A stretch of DNA of 64,000 nt from Dipteris shenzhenensis (Eukaryota). Shown in pieces: positions 38,570 to 52,860 of this stretch. The notes below the pieces were generated by a model. It ran no database searches. It was not told the DNA's origin and was given only the letters and a program-made list of their open reading frames with translations. The stretch lies in assembly GCA_047967505.1 (NCBI GenBank), contig CM106538.1; one strand, 5' to 3'. Position 1 is the stretch's first letter. Each line of letters begins with the position of its first letter. Made by a program: the position numbers and the translations under genes.

Positions 38570-41520
38570 CAGTCACATACATCATCGTCTAGCCATGACG
38601 TGTGATTAGATGGTTGTCATAGGAGAATTTCTTGGTCATCAGAGCCAAGATCATAATAATTTAATGGGATGAGGGGGAAGAAGCAGTGGCACATGCACCC
38701 AGCTTGCTGATAGCCCACCCTAGTATAGGCGGTCAATCACATACATCTTCATCTAGCCATGGCATGCGATTAGATGGTTGCCATGGGAGAATTTCTCGAT
38801 CATCGGAGTAAAGATCACAATAATTAAATGGGATGAATGGGGAGGAGTGGTGGCACATGTACTTAGCTTACTAGTAGACCAACCTAGCATAGGCAGTCAT
38901 GTACATCATCGTCTAACCATGATGCGTGATTAGATGGTTGCCATGGGAGAATTCCTTGATCATCAAAAAATTCTAACAGTCTGATATGTTCTTATAGTGT
39001 ATCTCTAGCTTGATGCTAATCTGAGCGTGCGAATTGGATGGTCCCTCATGAAAAGTCATTGTTATTATAGTCTGATTCTGACTCAATACTAATCTGAGCC
39101 TATGAGCTAGATGGCTCCTCATGCAAAGTCATTGTTATTACAGTGAAATGAAGAAAGCCAAGATCAAAACAAGACATCAGATTAGCATTGAGTCAGTTCA
39201 TCAGACTGTAATAAAAATACTTCTTGGTCATAAGAACGAGAACTATTGTTATTACAGGCTGATGAACTGACTAAATGCTAATCTAAGCTTGTGAACTAGA
39301 TGGTCCCCCATGCAAAGTCATTGTTATTACAATTTGATTCTGGCTCAATTATCTAAACATGTGAATTAGATGGTACCTCATGCACAATCACTATTATTAT
39401 AGTCGGGATTCCAGCTGAATGCTAATATGAACCTATGAATTAGATGGTCCCTCATGCACAATCATTGTCACTAAAACAAGCACGGTGGTTGTTTGGGATT
39501 AGTATACTATTTGGGATTTACATTTTCCCTTGTTTGGGATTTATTAATTGGGATTTACTAAAACAAGTGCGGTGGTTGTTTGGGATTTACTAAAGGTTAT
39601 ATTTTGTGGGGGTTGCAATTAATCCTAAACCAACAAAAATGCATTTCCTTGCCAGTGACTACCTCCTCTAGCAAGTGCCTACCTCCTCTAGCCTTAACTA
39701 TCATACAAATAACCTGTCATATTCATCCATGTAATGTGTGGGGAATCTATCGATAGACGGGTCCTCAAAGATGGCAAAGATCTCACTAGATTACATCGTT
39801 GAGCATGTCAAGACAGCTTGATTTAATAGACTAGACTATGTGAACAATTACAGCTCATTCGTTATGAGACTGCTTCACTCAATTGGACTTCATAATTTGA
39901 AAATGTTTCCCTGAGTTGGAATTTATAATTTGATGGACATATTCCAATAATACAGTACAATTCTATATCTTGCAATTCATTTAGGATTTGTGGTCACCAG
40001 CCCGGTGGCTAAATTCTAATAGAAGATAAAGAGAACCAGCCTAAAGGGGACTCTTTTAGTATTGCACTTTGCAACAATACGATCCATTTTAGGATAGCAA
40101 GGGAGTAGTGCATGATAAGTCATCAAGATAAGTGTTTGCCAGCACAGTGGTTGGTTGCACAGGTTGGTTGCACACTAGGATATCAATTGCCACTAGCACT
40201 GTGGTTTGCTTCTATTACTACAAGATGAATGGCATGCAATTCATTCATTTAGGATTTGTGGTCACAGCCCAATGGTTGAAATTTGACAATAGTTAAATAG
40301 AACTAGCCCAAAGGGGACGCCATAAGCAAATGCATTTTCTAATATTTCACTAGCTCGGTGGTTGAAATTTGACAATAGTTACAGAGAGCTAGCCTATTCG
40401 TGGGAGCTATTTTCCTTGTGTGCAACCAAGGAAAATTTAATTAGATCCCATCACGTGCCATTAGATTACTAAAATCAAGCACGATGGTTGTTTGGCATAT
40501 ACTTAAAACAAGCGTGGGGTTAATCTATCGTTTGGGATTTACAAAAATGAGCACGGTGGTTTTTTGGGACATAAAATGAGGATCTAGGTGGCCTTTCTTG
40601 TGACACATGATGAAGACCTAGGTGGCCTATAGACTACACATTCATCGAGGAGACATGGCCATCGATCCCCATGGATCAATGCTCCAATACGACCAGATCT
40701 CAAGTCAGTCACACCATTCCTACATAGTTCAAAGCCTATGTGTATTTGGTAAATTGGCAACAACAAACATTCTTGTCTTTGAGTTTCCTAACGTACCAGG
40801 GATTCCAAATCTCAAAGCTCCTCTGCCCAATTTAAATATTAGGATTATGATCCATAAAATTGAGATACAATCCGTCTGCTGACCCAACATGCAGGCCCCA
40901 TTTTTGCACTACTATGAGGAAAACAAAACAAAATACAGTATGTGCAAATTAAATTTAACTAATTTATAGTAATTTCAACGACTGAGCTGGTCAACAACTA
41001 ATGTCTGCTCAACCATACTAGTGTTTGAGATGAACTAGCCAATGGTTGCATGACGTTCCAACCACCGGGCTGGTTTAGTAAAATAACAATATATTGATGT
41101 TCGGTTGTGAAATATGTTGTTGTTACTTTCTATTCAACCACCTTGGTTCAAGACAATTTTATAATTTGGTGTTTGAGTTGACGAGGAGCTGAATCAACCA
41201 TGATTACAGGATGCTCCAACCATCAGGGTAGTTTAGGATAATCACATTAAGTCCAGGCTAGCCTAGTTCTGGCGTTTGAGTTGAACCAACCATGGTTGCA
41301 TGATATTCCAACCACTGGGCTAGTTTAGGACAATCACATTAAGTCCATGCTAGCCTAGTAAACTATCCCAAAGCTTAATCACAAACAACCACCAGGCTAG
41401 TTTAGACACCACTGACCTGTGTTGTATCAATAAATGAAACAAGTAAACTATCCCGAAGCTCAATCACAAACAACCACTGGGATGGTTTAGACAACCACTG
41501 ACCTGCACTGTATCAAGCAT
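38570..41520. repeat. Mosaic of several diverged tandem-repeat families
   Basis: ~160-bp unit x2.5 (38570-38960), ~70-bp unit x5-6 with one inverted copy (39010-39470), aaaacaagcacggtggttgtttggg units (39470-39590, 40470-40570) and caaccac..ggctagtttag units (41000-41510). Confidence 0.75.
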
Positions 41521-44339
41521 GTGTATGATGTGCTCATCAAACATCTTGCGTCCTGTTCACTTTCTATAGATGTCCTTTTTAAGAAACTCTCGTATTTTCA
41601 TGCCAAAACATCACCACTAATGCAATGACTTCCACACTTAGGCTGTCTCTCCTTTTCTTGCATTCTGTTGAAGGCCATAGACTACTCGGGAGTCAGATCA
41701 GGATGATAGGGCATTGCTTCCGCTTTGCGTGCATCTTGCGAGGTGTTGGTAGGGTTGTCACTCTATGAACTTTAGGGTGTAGGCTAAATCTTGCAAAGAC
41801 TCAAGAATGGTATTTACCTGAATGGTTTGATGTTGCTTGCTCAAATGCTACCACCAATCATGACATCACAGCTCATGTTCTTCGCTCTAATGGCAATGAT
41901 TAAATATGTGCATCTGCAATTGCTTCCTGTTGATGCTCTGTAAGGAGTCTTCTGTTCCTTGTGCCCTGACTAAGCTTTTCATCTTTTCTGTGTCGCAGCC
42001 TCTGTTTGCTTCTCTTACAAGCCACGGTAAGCTGCATGTTGCTAAGCAAAGAATAGAAGACAACTTACTCGAAAGACGACAATGCCAAACCCAAGACGGC
42101 ACAAGGTCACATCAAGGTGGGTGCAGGCTGCAGGGCAGAGGCAGGTTGCAAGTACTTAATCTTATAAGATTTGATGGGCGGCTGGTGTGAAAATACAAAA
42201 TTTGCAGGAGTAACAAAATTTTAAACTGCCGGTTTTTCCCCCTCTGACGATACATGTCAGTAGAATTGGATATCCCAAACAAGTGCAATGTGGTCACAAA
42301 TGCTTCAAAATGCAAATAGAACAAAGGGCACGCTATTGGGTTTGATGTTGTGTATTATGAAATGCAATGACCTTTGGCATGCTTATGAGCCATATAGCAA
42401 GTAAGTGCATGGAAAAGAAATAATTTAAAATTGTAAATAGTGTTGGATTTATTAAAAGATCTTTGCACATGCACAAATTGCACATTTTCAAATTATTCCA
42501 TTTTATGGTGAATCTAGATCTCATCTAGATACCAATACCAACAACTATCAATGTTTTAAGACCACCATGCAGTAGTCCCACTAGTTTGGATTCCAAATTT
42601 TTAATCTGTTTTGGTTTTCAATAAATAAAAAAAAAGTTATGGAGCGTGCCCTCAAATGGGAGTGTGTTATTTTAGCACAGCATTGGAGGCACATTAATCC
42701 ATACCTAATGTTCTCATTTAGGTGTGTCCTTGGGTTGAGGAGAAGTCACATAGTGTACTTTTGAATGATTACTTGGTTGCATGTATGTACATAACAAAAT
42801 TTTGATGTTTTTGAATAAATTGCTATATCCTATTGTCTTTAGGATGCATGCTTCACATGCAGCATAACACTTGTAGTGCTTTAATGATCTCGCTCCAAAT
42901 CCTTATTCCATAAATTTTTGGTATCATGTTTAAGTTTGGAATGTGTACTACAACTTGAAGACTAAGTTTGTTGAGCAATGCATAAGTTATGGGTCATGCA
43001 AGATACCTATAAATAGAAAAGTCCCTGAACCTCACCAAAAATGGTTACACCCAAGCAAACAATGACCCCATTGACTTATCCCCAAACAAATAAGGATAAA
43101 ACACATACATTATGTCTTGTATCTTGCACCTTGTACTCCATTATATTTTTGAAAGCATATATAAACTATTTCAAAATATGGTCTTGGATTTCCTTTAGGA
43201 GTTGTGGCATGGATATAAAATTCCAAATCTCTTTCTCTATCAAACCATGGTCAAACCTATGATATGAAGCAAGGCAAGCTTATGAATCTCAATCGAAAAT
43301 GAAACCTTCGGTGTCTCAATGGATAATTGAACATTGATCTAAGGCATACAATAATCATTACGTAAGAACACAAACATTCAAAAGAAAAAAAGAAAGATAA
43401 GCCCTAAAAAAAGTAAGTTACCATGTATACACATTGATTATAAGGATTTCTAATCCAATGTTGAACATTACAATCTTCTTTTAAATCCACTTTATAGAAA
43501 GCTTTCCCTATCTTGTTGAAGTATATAGTATGACGAAAATGCTTCATAGACCTTCTAGCATGGCTTTACCTAAGAATGGTGAAATAAATTGACTTTCCAT
43601 TATAGTATTATACCCATTTTACATATGATATTAAGGTTATGAAATCATGGTAATGTTAAATATTAATTTTTGACAATTCCAATGAGCGTGATCTAGTTGT
43701 TAAGATGGAAAGATGGTATCCATGGAAGTAGTAGATGAAAATGTACACACAAGGTAGTCATAGTAGATTTCCCCCTCAGGGGATTCACTCTTTATTAATG
43801 GGGGATGTCACCTGCGTGCATGAACTTCAAGAAAACCCCCTATTTAAGATCCATGTAGGATGATAAAACACCCCTATTTAAGTTTATAAGATACCACCCA
43901 AATTCTATTATGTCCCCCCCCCCTTTCCTTAAATCTACATTCTTTCTCAAGCATTTAGATTACACAATAAGCAAATTTAGATTACTTTCCCTATGACTAT
44001 TTAAAACTATACACAAAACCAAACTTGTTCGAACTAGTTACCCAAGGTAGCCTATACTATGTCCCCCCCCCCCCCCTCTTGAATATGGCATGGCCCCCCT
44101 AACTTAAATTCAATATTGGGAAAAAATAAAAAGGGCCCCCACCCCTAATGTATAAGCTTATGCCTCATTTTAAAACACCCTCCTATTGTACACTCACGTG
44201 ATATCATAATTTTCCCTTCTGGGGCATCAACTCAATATGTATTATGTTACTACCCTCGTCCAAAATCTAGGGTATGGAGGGACAAGGTCCACATATAATA
44301 TGCATGGATTTTCTCCAAAAACTTTATTTTATTTTTTGC

Positions 44340-45650
44340 AAAAAGAAGGGCTAATTATATTACTTTCGAAACAAGGATTACAAGAGACTCAACAGCAATG
44401 CTAGAGCACAGGGATAACTCCCACCCGCGAAACTACAAGCCACACAGGGCTAAGCATAAAACTGTTGCAAAATGCTGTCAAAACAAGAAGCCCTAGTCTG
44501 GGTCTTCTAAAAACCAGTAAACCGCGAAACCAAAAAAGCTACGGATCCCTGATGAAGTGAATCCTGGAGGTACTCGTGATCCAAGAAAGTATGGATCCCT
44601 CCTCCGTTGAGCTCCCGTCCATCGAGCCCGCCCAAGGGAACCAATAGGAAAAGACTCGCCTGCATGAGCAACCACCTTCTCGTGGGGGGCGAGTCTGCAC
44701 TCCAGTAGCCCGCTCCACGCATTTGCAGGCCTCAATCCAGTTGGGGTGCCTCCTAGTACGACAAGAAAGAGTAGAGCCCCAAGAGAAGGGATCAACTCTA
44801 GGAGCCTTGCGGATAGAGCCAAGAGCCGCCCTGTGGGTAGAAAGTCTTCGAGACAGTGAACCATCAACTGATATGACTCCTCTGAGTCAAACATCTAGCA
44901 ATCGAGGCTGGTCATGACCAAGGTGCCAACCATGATCAAGAACCCCTGCTAGGAAGAAAGCAGTGAAGCCACGTTGAGGTAGCAAGGTTCCACGAGCCGA
45001 TGTAGCTCCGAGATAGGAAGCGCCAGGATCCCTGTTGTCGAGCTTGACCATCAAGAAGAGCTCTTGACCACCATGGGGGCAGGCATCTCGCATCTCTATC
45101 TCCTTGAGCTCGAGGTAGTACCAAACCTTTCCTCGACAAAAGGTCCCGAGCACACACGACGCTTCTTGAAAGATGTTCTTGCTGCTGCGATGAAGGTGCA
45201 GGTGATGCAAGCCGCTGCGATAGAGGAGCAGGCTATAGCCAACAATGCTCCCCTTCGAGGAGGTGCAATGCCCCAAGCCACGGGTGGCATGAGAAAGCAA
45301 CTTGCACCTGCAAGCCCTACGTGAATGAAGCATGCCCCAACAAGAGGGCAAAGGGTGCAGACCACCCAACCCGCCACTGGCTAGCTTTGTCGCTAGAGGT
45401 GAACCACCATCACATGATCGAGGTTGCTCAAAGGAGGTCTACGGAGGCCCAGGCGAGGGAGGTTCCATTGAACTCCAGCCGTTGCTGCCATCAGATCGAA
45501 GAGGGGTGCCAGGCGAGGTGGAGGAGGGTGAGGGAGGGGAAGTGGAGGAAGATGGGGGGGAGGGGGGTGAAGCGGTGTGCAGGCAGTGAGGGGCCGTGGG
45601 CGACGGGGTTGCAGCAACAGGGAGGTGGGAAGGTCACGACGCGTTCAATT
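44340..45650 (-). mobile_element. GC-rich retroelement-like fragment, possibly a deleted non-LTR (LINE) copy
   Basis: Sharp switch to GC-rich, CpG-containing sequence with several overlapping reading frames and an A/T-rich boundary near 44330. No diagnostic RT or EN motif recognised. Confidence 0.3.
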
Positions 45651-48600
45651 GCAATCTTCTTGCTTTCTCCGAAAACTTTAAATATGCAAGGGAAAAATAT
45701 GACAATCTCCAGTTCTCCCTACCACAAAGCAGAAGGTTTACACTTCAAAAAATATGAAAGATTTTAAGATTTGTACATATTATTCATACTATGTGAGACC
45801 CAATGGGAGGTCTTTTGGATGAGGGAGGTTAAAACAAAAGATACACTAAAATATAAAAACCCGACTCCTTTCAAAATCATGTAACTTTTCCAGGTGTTAC
45901 CCAAATTTCAAGGTATAAAGACATATTTGAAGCTTTTTAGTGTAGCACACAACCAAGCTAATTTAACAAACTTTTACTCATGGCATATTGTTAAATTCAT
46001 CTCATACTTAAAATTTACATAGCTATTATTTCTGAAGGGTATTCCATCTTGAATCATAATCGGATCCCTCAAGTTGGTGCCCCATGATTTCCCCCTATGA
46101 ATCCCCTGGGATTTTTCCATGAACACGTAAAGATGAGTAGCAATGATTGTAATCATCGATGGTTTCTCCAGAATCACCACATCTTTATGTTATATTGCAA
46201 TTGTTTGAAGGCTCATTATCACATTGACTATGAAGCTATCTTCATGTGCAATAGTATAGATATGTACCATAGTATAATATACAGAAGGTTTGCTCGCACA
46301 CGCCTATCTGGATTCTATTTATTGGAAGGATTAGTTACTTCTTTACTCGACTTTTCCTTTTGTCATGATAAAAACACGTATGAGTGAGCTGTCAATACTA
46401 ATATCAAGTAAATACTACATGCATTTCATGATTCATGCATTAAGTCTTATGTAATAGTCTCCCCTATAACTAGATTTTATCATAAAAGTATTATATTAGT
46501 AACAATTTATCATATATCTTCTTCCACTAGATTTTACTTTGCAATAGGGTACAAATTAGAGGGGAACATAGTTTGGAAATGTAGGTTATTGGGAAAATAT
46601 TTCAAGAAGATAGCTGTGGAATTGTACATCATTGGGCAAACTTCTCCCAACATAGAGTAACAGACATTAGCCCATGTTACCATTTTAAAGACTTCAATGG
46701 GTTTTAAGTATACTTAAACTTCATACGCAGGTTTTTAATAAGCTAGAATCTGAAAAATATAATCTTAAATTGGGTCCACATGATTTGTGCCAATCGATTT
46801 GAGTACTTAGAGGGATAAATTTGGATATTCTATGAGACAGTTATGTTAATTTTTGGGTGAATTTATCAAATTTAAAGATATAAATATTAGCCCAAGCAGC
46901 TTGGAGAAGGCTCAAGATTCACATTGGGCTAATATTTTTCCCTATTTTTTCCTTGCTTTGAGAAGGAGGATGGACCATGATCGTAACTTGTTTTCCTTTT
47001 TGCAATCCTACTCTAAATAGATTATCTATACCCACACACTACCTCACGAGAACCAAAGGACCATAAGTATACTCATCGATTTTGTAATAACAATCATCAT
47101 GGGATTACTTTTGAAGTGCTTAAAGTGAAATTATTTTCTCACATCTAATTATTAAGATCATCTATCATAAGCTTACTTTTTAATTGCTCAAAGTGGAAAT
47201 ATTTTATGAGTACATCTCATGAGATGAAGAACGTGCTATACTCAATGTATGGCAAGCAAATGCAATGCATTGAATAATACATATATGTTATTTTTTGCCT
47301 TTGGGCATGAGACAGTATAGATAGCTGTCCATATAAATCCCTCGATGTAGATGGTTGTAACATTTTACCCTATTAGATTCATTAGCAACTTTCTTGATAA
47401 TTCCCTCCACCAATCATCTTAAGAACTTCACACATCATCTCTTAGTTCCTTTGAAATTGTCAATGCCCATTGTCCTAGTTATATCTCATCGAGAAATGGG
47501 CTCTTGGCTTAGATTCAATGCATATATAGCCCCCCTCAAGGTGGGGCTATCGAGCTGTTTCCACGGCACAGGGGTGAATGCAACACCCCTCCTCCTCCTC
47601 AGCGCCACCGGTGGAGGTGGGTTGAGCAACAGCCACTTGCCTTTGTTGTTCCCGAGCATAGAATGGAGATAGAGGTAGAAGAGCCAGCGCAGACAATTAA
47701 CACAGAGGCAGAGACAGAAGACGTTTGCATGGAGGGCAGGGTGAGAGTTGATTGGTGGATGCCCTACCCGAGACTACAGGTTCAACTCTCGAGGCTGCAG
47801 GTTCATTTCTCTATGCAAGTCTCACCCAGGAGGCCCTTTGGATCCAAGGAAATTCGTTGGATTCATTCTACCACCATTGGCTCAGAGTGCCATTTGACGT
47901 TGTGGCGTAAGAACAGCACACATGTGGCTATCTTGCAAGAAAATGGCCCATTTATCCCTCCGTGGAAACAAGCAGTATGTGGTGCAATGAGATCATCACC
48001 CGAAATTCTATGATGTCGTTTCTTGCACCATCTACGCTTTCTTGATTGCTTGTGGGAGGTCACCCCATGATTTTAAAAAAAAGATGCAGCAGCCAACAAC
48101 CTATGGCTGAGGCTCAGGCTATAGCCCTTCTTTTGCTCCAACAATTGGTCAACTGATGGGTTGCACTTGCACTAGGTCTTGCATCTTCCCAAGATCTCTG
48201 TATCATGACCATGTACTGTATCGATCGTCATCGCGCGTGCCTCCAAAAGTTTAGGACTTTCTCTTCGAGGTAGATTTGGTGAAAAGTTGGCTCATCTACG
48301 TAACCTGCCTAAAACGACTGCCACTAGAAAAGTAGTACCGCCCAACTCTTGCAAGCTTACGACGTAATGCCCGGGACCAGTGGTCACAGCTCATATTCTC
48401 ATATTCTAGTTCTCAATCTCTCGTCGGTGTCGATTTCAGATGCACACTATGAAGGCATGCGCGGATGGCAATTGCAGCTGTACTGAAAACACACCATACC
48501 GATGATGATGAGTCCTTTTAACGTAGGAGCAGGAGCTAAGACGGATCAACTGACTATTGAAACCCCCCACTCACAAACTATCTTTTGCATAAAGAGAGAG

Positions 48601-49360
48601 AGAGACTGCTTTGGAGTCCCAAACTCTGATACGTATCGGAGAACCTTCTGTAATTTGCAGCAACAGAACCATTCCAAGATTTCTCTCAATTGGCTCCAAT
48701 CAAGTCCCAAGCTGAGCATACCCATGCAGATCGTTTCCGAGATCATTTTTATCGATTCAGACAAGACGACCTGCACCAGAAAGAGCGCTGTCGCATCTCT
48801 TTATGTTTATCAGCTCCTGTATACTATCCTTATCTCCATAAGTCCTTTCGCTGAACTCGAGAAAGGTCGAGGTGCAGTGCTTAACGAGAAGTTAAAAAGT
48901 TAAAATTTGCTTGTAATGCATTGGGAAAAGCCCTTCAAAAGACGCTGACGTGGCAAGACCGGAGGAGGTGCTTGAAGACAAGCAAGGTGGCAAAATGGCC
49001 ACTTGTGCTTTTTGTAAAAAGATTATACAAAATTCTCTTGCGCAATCTTTGCTCCACAAATCTTATCCTCCCATCTCATCATGTGACTAAAGCAAAGGTG
49101 AAACCTGAATGATGGATTTTACTTGAAACCACACAATAGCCCTCCTCTAATTAGTTTTCTCCTTTATGACAAGAACCTTGGCATTGATATTACGAGTAGC
49201 ATGACCCGTCTACGATGGGTTAGAGACCCGCTCCACTGGGTCTCAAGGTTGGGATCCTAGGGTTTTTTTAATTTCAAGGAATAAATGATTTTAAAGGGAT
49301 TTTCAAATTGAGTACGTTGCATCACTTTTATTTAGAAAAAATGTTTTCGATAGCATTGTA

Positions 49361-49445
<85 letters not shown>

Positions 49446-49538
49446 TGAAAGTTTACAAATCTCAACAAAGTTTTGGATCAAGTCCAATGAGGCTCTAATA
49501 ATGCCTTTGTTTGGAAAAAATATATTTTATACCAATAC

Positions 49539-49615
<77 letters not shown>

Positions 49616-49920
49616 ATGTGTGTGTGTGTGTGTGTGTGTGGAAACCACCTACTATATGCATATGTATTCATGTTTATACGCACACATATACATTTGCATA
49701 TCACACGTGTGTGCATGCTCAAGCGCATGTATGTGCATATACATGTATGCTCATGTACATGTGTATGTCTATATGTCACATGCATATGTGTGTTTGCCTA
49801 TGTGTGCACATAGGTCATGCTGTGTCTACACATTGTACATGTGTGTTGATTCTTTTGGCATGTTTGAGTGTGTACATCTCTATCTACATGCACACACATA
49901 GGACACACATTCACAATATA
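49361..49920. repeat. Compound microsatellites (CT)n, (CT)n(AT)n(GT)n and degenerate RY tract
   Basis: Directly visible: 49361-49441 and 49542-49640, followed by degenerate tgtgcata repeats. Confidence 0.95.
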
Positions 49921-50799
49921 TGTGATAAATGGTAGGAATGCACTTTGCAAAACCTTGCTGAATGGGTGTCTTTGCAGTTTGCACATCTAGGTTGTATGGA
50001 TGGCAAAGAAAAAAACATCCAGACATTTATCAAGCAAGCCTTATGTATTCAAGCTTCTTAAGGTTTGATATTTTATGGACTTCATAGTCAAGAAAGCTCA
50101 CATATAAAAAGTGTAATATAATAGTACAAAGTGTAAAGCAAATGCAATGCTCCACAAATCGTATTATGGTGCTACTTAGAAAATGTCATCATAAGACTAT
50201 TCTCTCCCCTAATTCTTCCTTTGGAGAAGCAACAATAATAACAACTGTGAGGCAATCACAGGCCTCACTCCTCCCTTCACCATGGAGTCTAAGCCCTATG
50301 CTGATTAATTCCTCTCTGCACCCTCTCCTTGGCACCTCATCATCATGATCAATGGCATCACTGGTAGATTTGTTCCCTCCCCCAATCTCTCCATTGCCTA
50401 GCCTTCTTAGTTCTCAAAATTAACATGAGTATCAAAATTTTGAAGTAAATCTATATTTATTAATAAAGGAAAGGTTGGAATAGAAATGAGCGTGATGTAT
50501 CTATTTGTGCATGTGCCTCCTAGTCAATGTGTGCCCCACCTCCCCCCTTTTTACGGCCCCTCTTGTAGTTGGAGTGTGTTTGTCTTCCCTCTCTCTTATA
50601 TACCCCCCCTCCTGTGTATTTGTGTGTGTGGGCCCCTCTCGATTCCTACACATGTGCTTCCCCCCCTAGATCCCCTAACTCTCCTCTTTGTTTTCTCTCT
50701 CTCTCCTCCCCCTACACAAAAATTAAAACACTAAATATTAAAATATAGAGAAGATTGATAGAGAATATCAATCTTTACTCTCTAAATATGAAATATTAA

Positions 50800-50922
50800 A
50801 ATATATAATATAATGTATATATAACATATTATATTATATTGTGTGTGTGTGTGTGTGTGTGTTTTAGAGTATATGAAATGAAATATATACTATAGTGTGT
50901 ATATAATATAAACTATATTATA

Positions 50923-50957
<35 letters not shown>

Positions 50958-51039
50958 AGTATATGAAATGAAATATATATACTATAGTATGTATATATAT
51001 TATAACATATAATATATATTGTATAAATATCTTATATAT

Positions 51040-51091
<52 letters not shown>
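50800..51091. repeat. AT-rich compound microsatellite with (GT)n, (CT)n and a short internal duplication
   Basis: Directly visible; the unit agtatatgaaatgaaatatata.. occurs twice. Confidence 0.9.
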
Positions 51092-51096
<5 letters not shown>

Positions 51097-52741
51097 ATTT
51101 ATGCTCTCTCTCACCATGTCCGCACTTTGCAGCTCCGTGCATTTACTATGGACTCTATAGCTCTATCTCCGTAGCAACACGTGGTGCGATACGTGTGCGA
51201 TGCGCCAGTCAAACCAGCCACCCAGTGCCCTCAATCTGCCCGTCAACATAGCATGTAGCACATGTCAAAACTTGCTGTGCAATTTTTGACCCTCAGCAAT
51301 ATCAACACTACGCCATGCCTCATCATTGTGCCTATGCTTGTGCTGCACCACGCCATGTCAAGCCTCTACGTGATCAGTCTCTGTCCCCTGTGCAAATTGC
51401 CATGTGTTTATCCCTTGTTGTTGCACGGTTTGCTCTATGTCTCTTGGCCTTTGCGCCACAAATCGTGTTGTGATATTTGTCCCGTGCTGGTGCCAAAGTT
51501 TTGGAATGTCCACCGACTCCACCACCCATAGCCCGCGCCTGCCCATACAACCCACCAGCTGCACTTTAAATCGGCCTTCGATGCTTCTTGAAACCATCGG
51601 CCCATGTCGGTGCTTTGGCTTTGCTAATAATAGTAGTGGTGTGCTGTGCCCTTTGCTCCTCTTCCCTCTGCAGACACCTCTCCCTGAGCCATGTGGCATA
51701 GCTCCGCACCCACCTTCTAGTCCAATGTGGAGCTTCTCCTCGAGCCTCCCCAAACCTATAATTCCTCCCTGAACCTCCCGCGAAGCTTCCTCCCTACTCT
51801 CTCCAAACCTTCAGAGAGCTCCACATGGTTCCTTTCCTTAAAGAATAGTATAGAAGCACAGCTTATCATCATCCTACTCTAAAATAAGAAAATAAGAATG
51901 TATCTACCAATGATCATACTCTATACCTCTTAGTTTTTGCCTTTATGAGGGGAACATGTGCATTTATATTAAGCAGATTCTTGTCATAGTCCTACTCTTA
52001 AATAAGAAATTAAGAGTGTCTCTATCTAGCTTATAAGGTGACAAAGTGCAAATAGATCCCTTACATTCTAGAGTAGCACTTATTATCTTAAAAAAGCATT
52101 CCAAAATCCTCATCATGATCATAGACAACAAGTGACGGGCCTCTTTACATGCCATGAATATTCATGTCCTTGCAAGGATATTTGATTTGCTTCAAACTCA
52201 ATCTCCTATTCCCTAGAAAGCAATTTCAATGGGAACATATAAGATGTCTCTTGTATTCCTTGTAAGGGTCCACTATTTTAAAGTCCAATATGAAATGGAA
52301 AAGAGCCAGTCATAAAGCTAAACTTGCATTTAAAAAAATTACTCCAAATTCATAATAATTAGTCTCCCCTCAAATTAAAATTTTTTAATTTAAGCTAAAT
52401 AACCCTCTTTACATGATAATTACTTGGATTATCCTAAGTTAAAAAAATACCCCTGCCTAAACATGATAAGCTACGTCAAAAATTATCTCTCCTCTGTCCC
52501 CTTCGCTTCTATCCTTGCCTTAGCCCCTTGCCTCAACCCTCCTTTTCTTTTATGGACCTCCCCTTCTCTTACTTCATCTCTCGCTTTGCTTGGACCTCTT
52601 TTCTTTAAACTCACCCCTCCTCTCGTCTTATCATCTAGCCTCAGCTCCACTCGCCAGGCCTCCTAGCGTGGTAACCCTCCCCTACTCCCCTTCTTTAGTG
52701 CCAGAGTTTGTCTCGGTTGCTTCAAAGCTACAATGCATATG

Positions 52742-52860
52742 CTCGAGTGGTGCACTATTGAGAAACCCTATGTATCACATGCATTCAAGGGGTATTTTTA
52801 AAAACCCTTGACTAAAATTTCCCCCCCAATAAAAACACCCCTCTTTACTTATGAACTAAG
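52742..52860 (+). repeat. Transposon-end-like sequence homologous to 56989-57150
   Basis: ctcgagtggtgcactattgagaaaccctatg...ttcaaggggtatttttaaaaaccctt aligns with ctcgaggggatcactatgtataaaccctatag...ttcaaggcctatttataaaacccctt. Confidence 0.6.

Noticed and set aside
39010-39590. CRISPR-like repeat array
   Set aside because: Eukaryotic context, degenerate units without unique regular spacers, and no cas genes.
48767-48778. Partial miR168-like match (tggtgcaggtcg, minus strand)
   Set aside because: Only 12 nt match and no complementary star arm found.
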